64,000 nt of DNA from the human T2T-CHM13v2.0 reference genome, Homo sapiens. This document shows, piece after piece, positions 1 to 64,000 of this stretch. The notes beneath the pieces are model-generated. The model ran no database searches. It was not told the DNA's origin and was given only the letters and a program-made list of their open reading frames with translations. A program made the position numbers and the translations under genes. The stretch is from the NCBI RefSeq assembly GCF_009914755.1, contig NC_060934.1, one strand, 5' to 3'. Every line of letters starts with the position of its first letter. The stretch's first letter is position 1.

Positions 1-142
1 TGCAAGTTAGTTTAGATGGAGCAAGTTCACCAAACACATTCTTACAGAAATTTGCAGAAACAATAGCAACTTTGAAACCCTCATCTTAGTAGCCTTCTCC
101 AGTTGCTGAAATTTACTGGCTGCCCCATGGTTCTATCCTCAG

Positions 143-56226
<56,084 letters not shown>

Positions 56227-56545
56227 GGACGGGCATGATGAGTGTTCCAGAGGGAGAAGCATCGCTGACCCCGAGCGCAGGTTTTGCTAGCAGATTGCCC
56301 TGACATCTTGTTCATTTCAGATAAAATGTGATGGGAAACTTCTCACTGATGTGCTCAAGTACAGGCATAACCATTAACCCAGTAGAGTTCAGAATATCTG
56401 CCCAAATGTACATATCGTTCCCATGTATTTTAACCTAAATGGAATGTATCTTCCCTTCCAAGCTGCCTAAAGCGCTGTTTTAGGTTCATTTATTTTATTA
56501 TGTTCAGAAGCATCAAATAAAAGTTAAACGTTTTTCCGGAAGACG
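56227..56545 (+). other. APBB1IP: APBB1IP 3' UTR (end approximate)
   Basis: Repeat-free AU-rich sequence between the stop codon and the first AATAAA. Confidence 0.75.
56516..56521 (+). terminator. Polyadenylation signal AATAAA
   Basis: First canonical hexamer after the stop, with upstream TGTA motifs and a U-rich element. Confidence 0.75.
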
Positions 56546-57231
56546 GTATTTCTAGAAAGATTATTGGGTCAATCTATCTTGAGATCAACACTATAATTAA
56601 AAATAGCTTTCAACATCCCATGCCTTCTTAAGTCTTGGTGACCTCAGATAGACTTTCATGTCTATCTCTATAACCTTTAGAATTTGCAGGAAAATCGAGA
56701 GAGGAAAACGAGAAAACATGACAAGCAGAGCCTGTTTCCTTTCTCTGAGATTCCGTGGCTTGATTGATTGGAGTCCTGGACACTGGCTGTTTTGGTTTTG
56801 CTTTTATAATGCTTGAATAACAGTAATTGAAAAAAATAGTTATTTAGATAGTTTTTGAATTCTCTGTTACTACAATGCTGTTAGTATCCTGTAAATAAAA
56901 ATGTAGGGGCAGGAAAAGGCAATCATATATATATTCTTCAACCTGAAATGTTTTCCCTCAGAGATAAGTTTAATGCCCAATTTATCCTAGGTTCTTGGTA
57001 CCTATATCTCTTCTCTTTCAAATTGGCTTCTGATAGGCCTTTTACATTTTCTTAGTTTTATTTACATCGCTCTGTTTTTGTTTTTGTATTTTTGTGGGGT
57101 TTTTTTTTTTAAACTGTAAAACTCAAAATCTTCTTAAAATGAGTGGAAAATCATAATGCATTTTTTTAAATAAAGGAAGATAATTAATGCTATGTTTTAA
57201 TATTTGGAGAAAAGTAAGCTCTAAATCATGC

Positions 57232-57730
<499 letters not shown>

Positions 57731-58769
57731 CAGTTTAAATGAACCTTTAAAATGAAAAAAAAAAAAAGAATAGTTTTAAAACCAAAATATTTAGTAATTA
57801 AAACTGGCAGGGTGCTCTTAATTTTTTCTGGAGCATATGCTTGAAATAGGATAGAAGGTAAATTTGCTTTACATTCAATTTAATCCCATGAACAGTAACT
57901 CTCCCCAGTTCTCATTTTATTATGTTCCTTTGACATTAGATGCGGTAAAAACGCTGCTTTTCTGATACCCAACTAAATCATGGTCATTATGCAGATCTCT
58001 GGGACAATACAGGAAAGATGTCAGCAAAGAGAAGTGTGAAAATTGTCAGAATCAAAATGGAGTCACTTACGTTAAGAAAATGCTGACAAATAGAGCCAGC
58101 CAAGTCCATGAAACGAGAGTTTTCATGAGGATAATATTCTGTGATTTTCACTCAAGTGTAATGCAATCTTTGGTGTCTGGCTGAAAGGTCTGTACAAGTA
58201 TTACGTATACCTGAGTAGGATTATTTAGATCCTGAAAATGCAGCAAAATTTGTTTCTTTATGAAAAGTTTAGTGAGATATTTGTATGTGGTGCAGGGGGT
58301 GGAAAAACTGGAGTGAAATTGGGAACTAGAGAAGGAGTACGTGGATAATAATATATGTTATGAATAATAATATATAAGCAATAATATAGGACAGTAATCC
58401 TGTATCACAGCTTATAAAAACTCAGTAATTTCTTGTATAATGCTTCTAATGGGGCATTGCAATAGGCCAACTGCAATACAAACCGCAGCATTTGGCAGAG
58501 TTTACAGAAAACATGATTTAACTTTAGTTCATGATAGAATGTGAACTAAGATTTTACAGTAGGTCCTCAAGGAGGAGAATGAACATTTAAGCCTCGTATT
58601 TTGTTTGATCATGGGAATCTTGGCTGGTATGATACTGAAATGACCCAATTCCATGATAATTGAGGCTTCAAAGTGTGTTTAAGACTTATGGCTTGATGTG
58701 TGATCCATTTTTACCGACGGTTTATGTGTACTTGGGTACAATATACATGTTCTTTAGAACAAGCTTGTG

Positions 58770-62460
<3,691 letters not shown>

Positions 62461-62477
62461 CACAAACAGAAATGTCA

Positions 62478-63085
62478 CTTACATTCATACTACCCAGAAT
62501 TTGTTTTAATCAGTAACGGTAAGACACACAAACACAGAAATGACTGTCATGAGGGAAGTAGTTTATTTTACTACTCACAGTTCCTTAGAAGCTGTGGGCA
62601 CAGCACACCACAAGGGGGAGGACAGGGAAACATCAAGGTCAGTCAGGAGGCAGCGTGAATGGGGGAAAACATGGGAAAGAATCTTTATTGCAGTTCCATG
62701 GGAGGGAACAAGCAAGTCAGGGCAATCAGGCTTAGCATTGGCTAGTTTAAATATTTCATTGTCTTCTGGAAAGAAGAGGCTGCTATCTGGCCCTGAGGAA
62801 ATTAGAGAGGCAGAACAGTGGCCAGAAATGTCAGAGTGATAAGGAAGAATAAAGACTGCAAAAGAGATAAACAGAGATAAAGAAGAATAAAGAGTGAGGA
62901 AGAGATGAGAAAGAAGGGGGTATAAACTCTGGGTTGGTTGGATTATATAGGAAAGTCATGCATGCAGGCAAGTTGTTTATTACATCCAGCAATTAGCCTA
63001 TCCTCAGAGGGGCAGTCCCTCCAGGGTCAACAAGGCCCAGATTTCAAAGCATCAAATTCAGAAAATAAGAGACAAGACTAATACA
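62478..63085 (-). mobile_element. ERVL MER21/MER68/MER77-group LTR
   Basis: agaaatgactgtcatgagggaagtagtttattttactactcacagttcc...gactaataca; family judged by eye. Confidence 0.55.
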
Positions 63086-63464
63086 CCATTAAAGTCAGTA
63101 TTATAATTAATATTATTCAACATTATCCTGGAGTCTCTAGCCAATGCACACAACAGCAAAACCAACAAGGTAACAAATATCTGAATGGAAAAGACAGACT
63201 TTTAAATTCTCAGATGATGTATCTACTTAAAATTTAAAAACCAAGTCAAGCAATCCATTAAAAGCTATTAAGTAGAGAAACTAAAAACTGTCCTGTGTAC
63301 TATATATCAGTGAAGCTCATTTGTAAAATGTAGTATAAAGGGTGATTCAGAAGAGCAACAAGAACTAAAATATTTTTAGAATTGATAGACAATTTCAAAG
63401 TCTATAAGGAAAACTGTAAATGTTTATTGCAGGTATAAAAGAAAACATCAGGAAAAAAGAGGTG

Positions 63465-63915
63465 CAGGTCATCACTGCTCCACCTAGTTCCAATAACTAC
63501 GATTTAATTAAATAACGTGAGTTCCCCAACATGGTTCCAAATTCAGTTGCCATGGTATTTTAACTGTGAGTAATTACGTAAAGTACAAACTTTGTGTGAG
63601 CTCTTCAGTCCACAAATCACAACATAAATAACAGATGCAATCATGATCAGTGACCCATCATCTCTTTCAAATTATGAGGTTGCCAATCACTGCATATTTG
63701 TTACTGAGTTTATAAAGAGAACAAAGTATGTCGTTGTCTTGCCTCTTTGTCTCCCAGTGAGACGCTCACGTGACATTTTACAAAAATGAACAATCAAAAG
63801 AGGGAAGTGGTCAACAAACATGAAACTGCAAACAAAAAAAAAAGAAAAAAAGGGATAACACAAAGTGAAATTCAAATGGAACATAAATGTAGTTATAGAA
63901 GAAATAGTGGCCATT
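63465..63915. mobile_element. TcMar-Tigger (Tigger13a-like) DNA transposon fragment
   Basis: aactgtgagtaattacgtaaagtacaaactt...ctcttcagtccacaaatcac...catgatcagtgacc matches my recollection of Tigger13a. Confidence 0.6.
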
Positions 63916-64000
63916 CACTGAGGCAGATGTTTGCTCGGTATTTCAATTATTTTTGACAAATAAATCAATTCTGAATCTGACTGAAGCTCTATATTTACAG

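Overview
Human genomic DNA, dense in Alu, L1 and LTR repeats and carrying a human-specific AluYb-type element. It contains the 3' part of APBB1IP (RIAM, the MRL-family Rap1 effector) on the + strand. Nine GT-AG coding exons (143-302, 1935-2056, 21856-21942, 24491-24634, 29999-30109, 48517-48615, 49142-49256, 50744-50847, 55699-56226) splice to 1470 nt, i.e. 489 aa plus stop. They encode the RA domain, the PH domain and the proline-rich C-terminus. The 3' UTR has AATAAA at 56516, followed by about 7.5 kb of repeat-rich intergenic DNA. I find no prokaryotic-type system, CRISPR array or RNA gene, and most ORF-track entries are repeat artefacts. I cannot support a new multi-gene system. The best leads are: (i) a C-terminal helix after the poly-Pro tract that resembles the WASH/WASP C motif and VASP FAB; (ii) an Alu inserted 15 nt upstream of the terminal-exon acceptor, with in-frame ATGs beside a 3' CpG island; (iii) DNA-repair scars (a 32-bp templated insertion, a duplication-flanked TTAGGG insert, a fold-back hairpin); (iv) two very young Alus. 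Repeat family names and boundaries were assigned by eye and are approximate.
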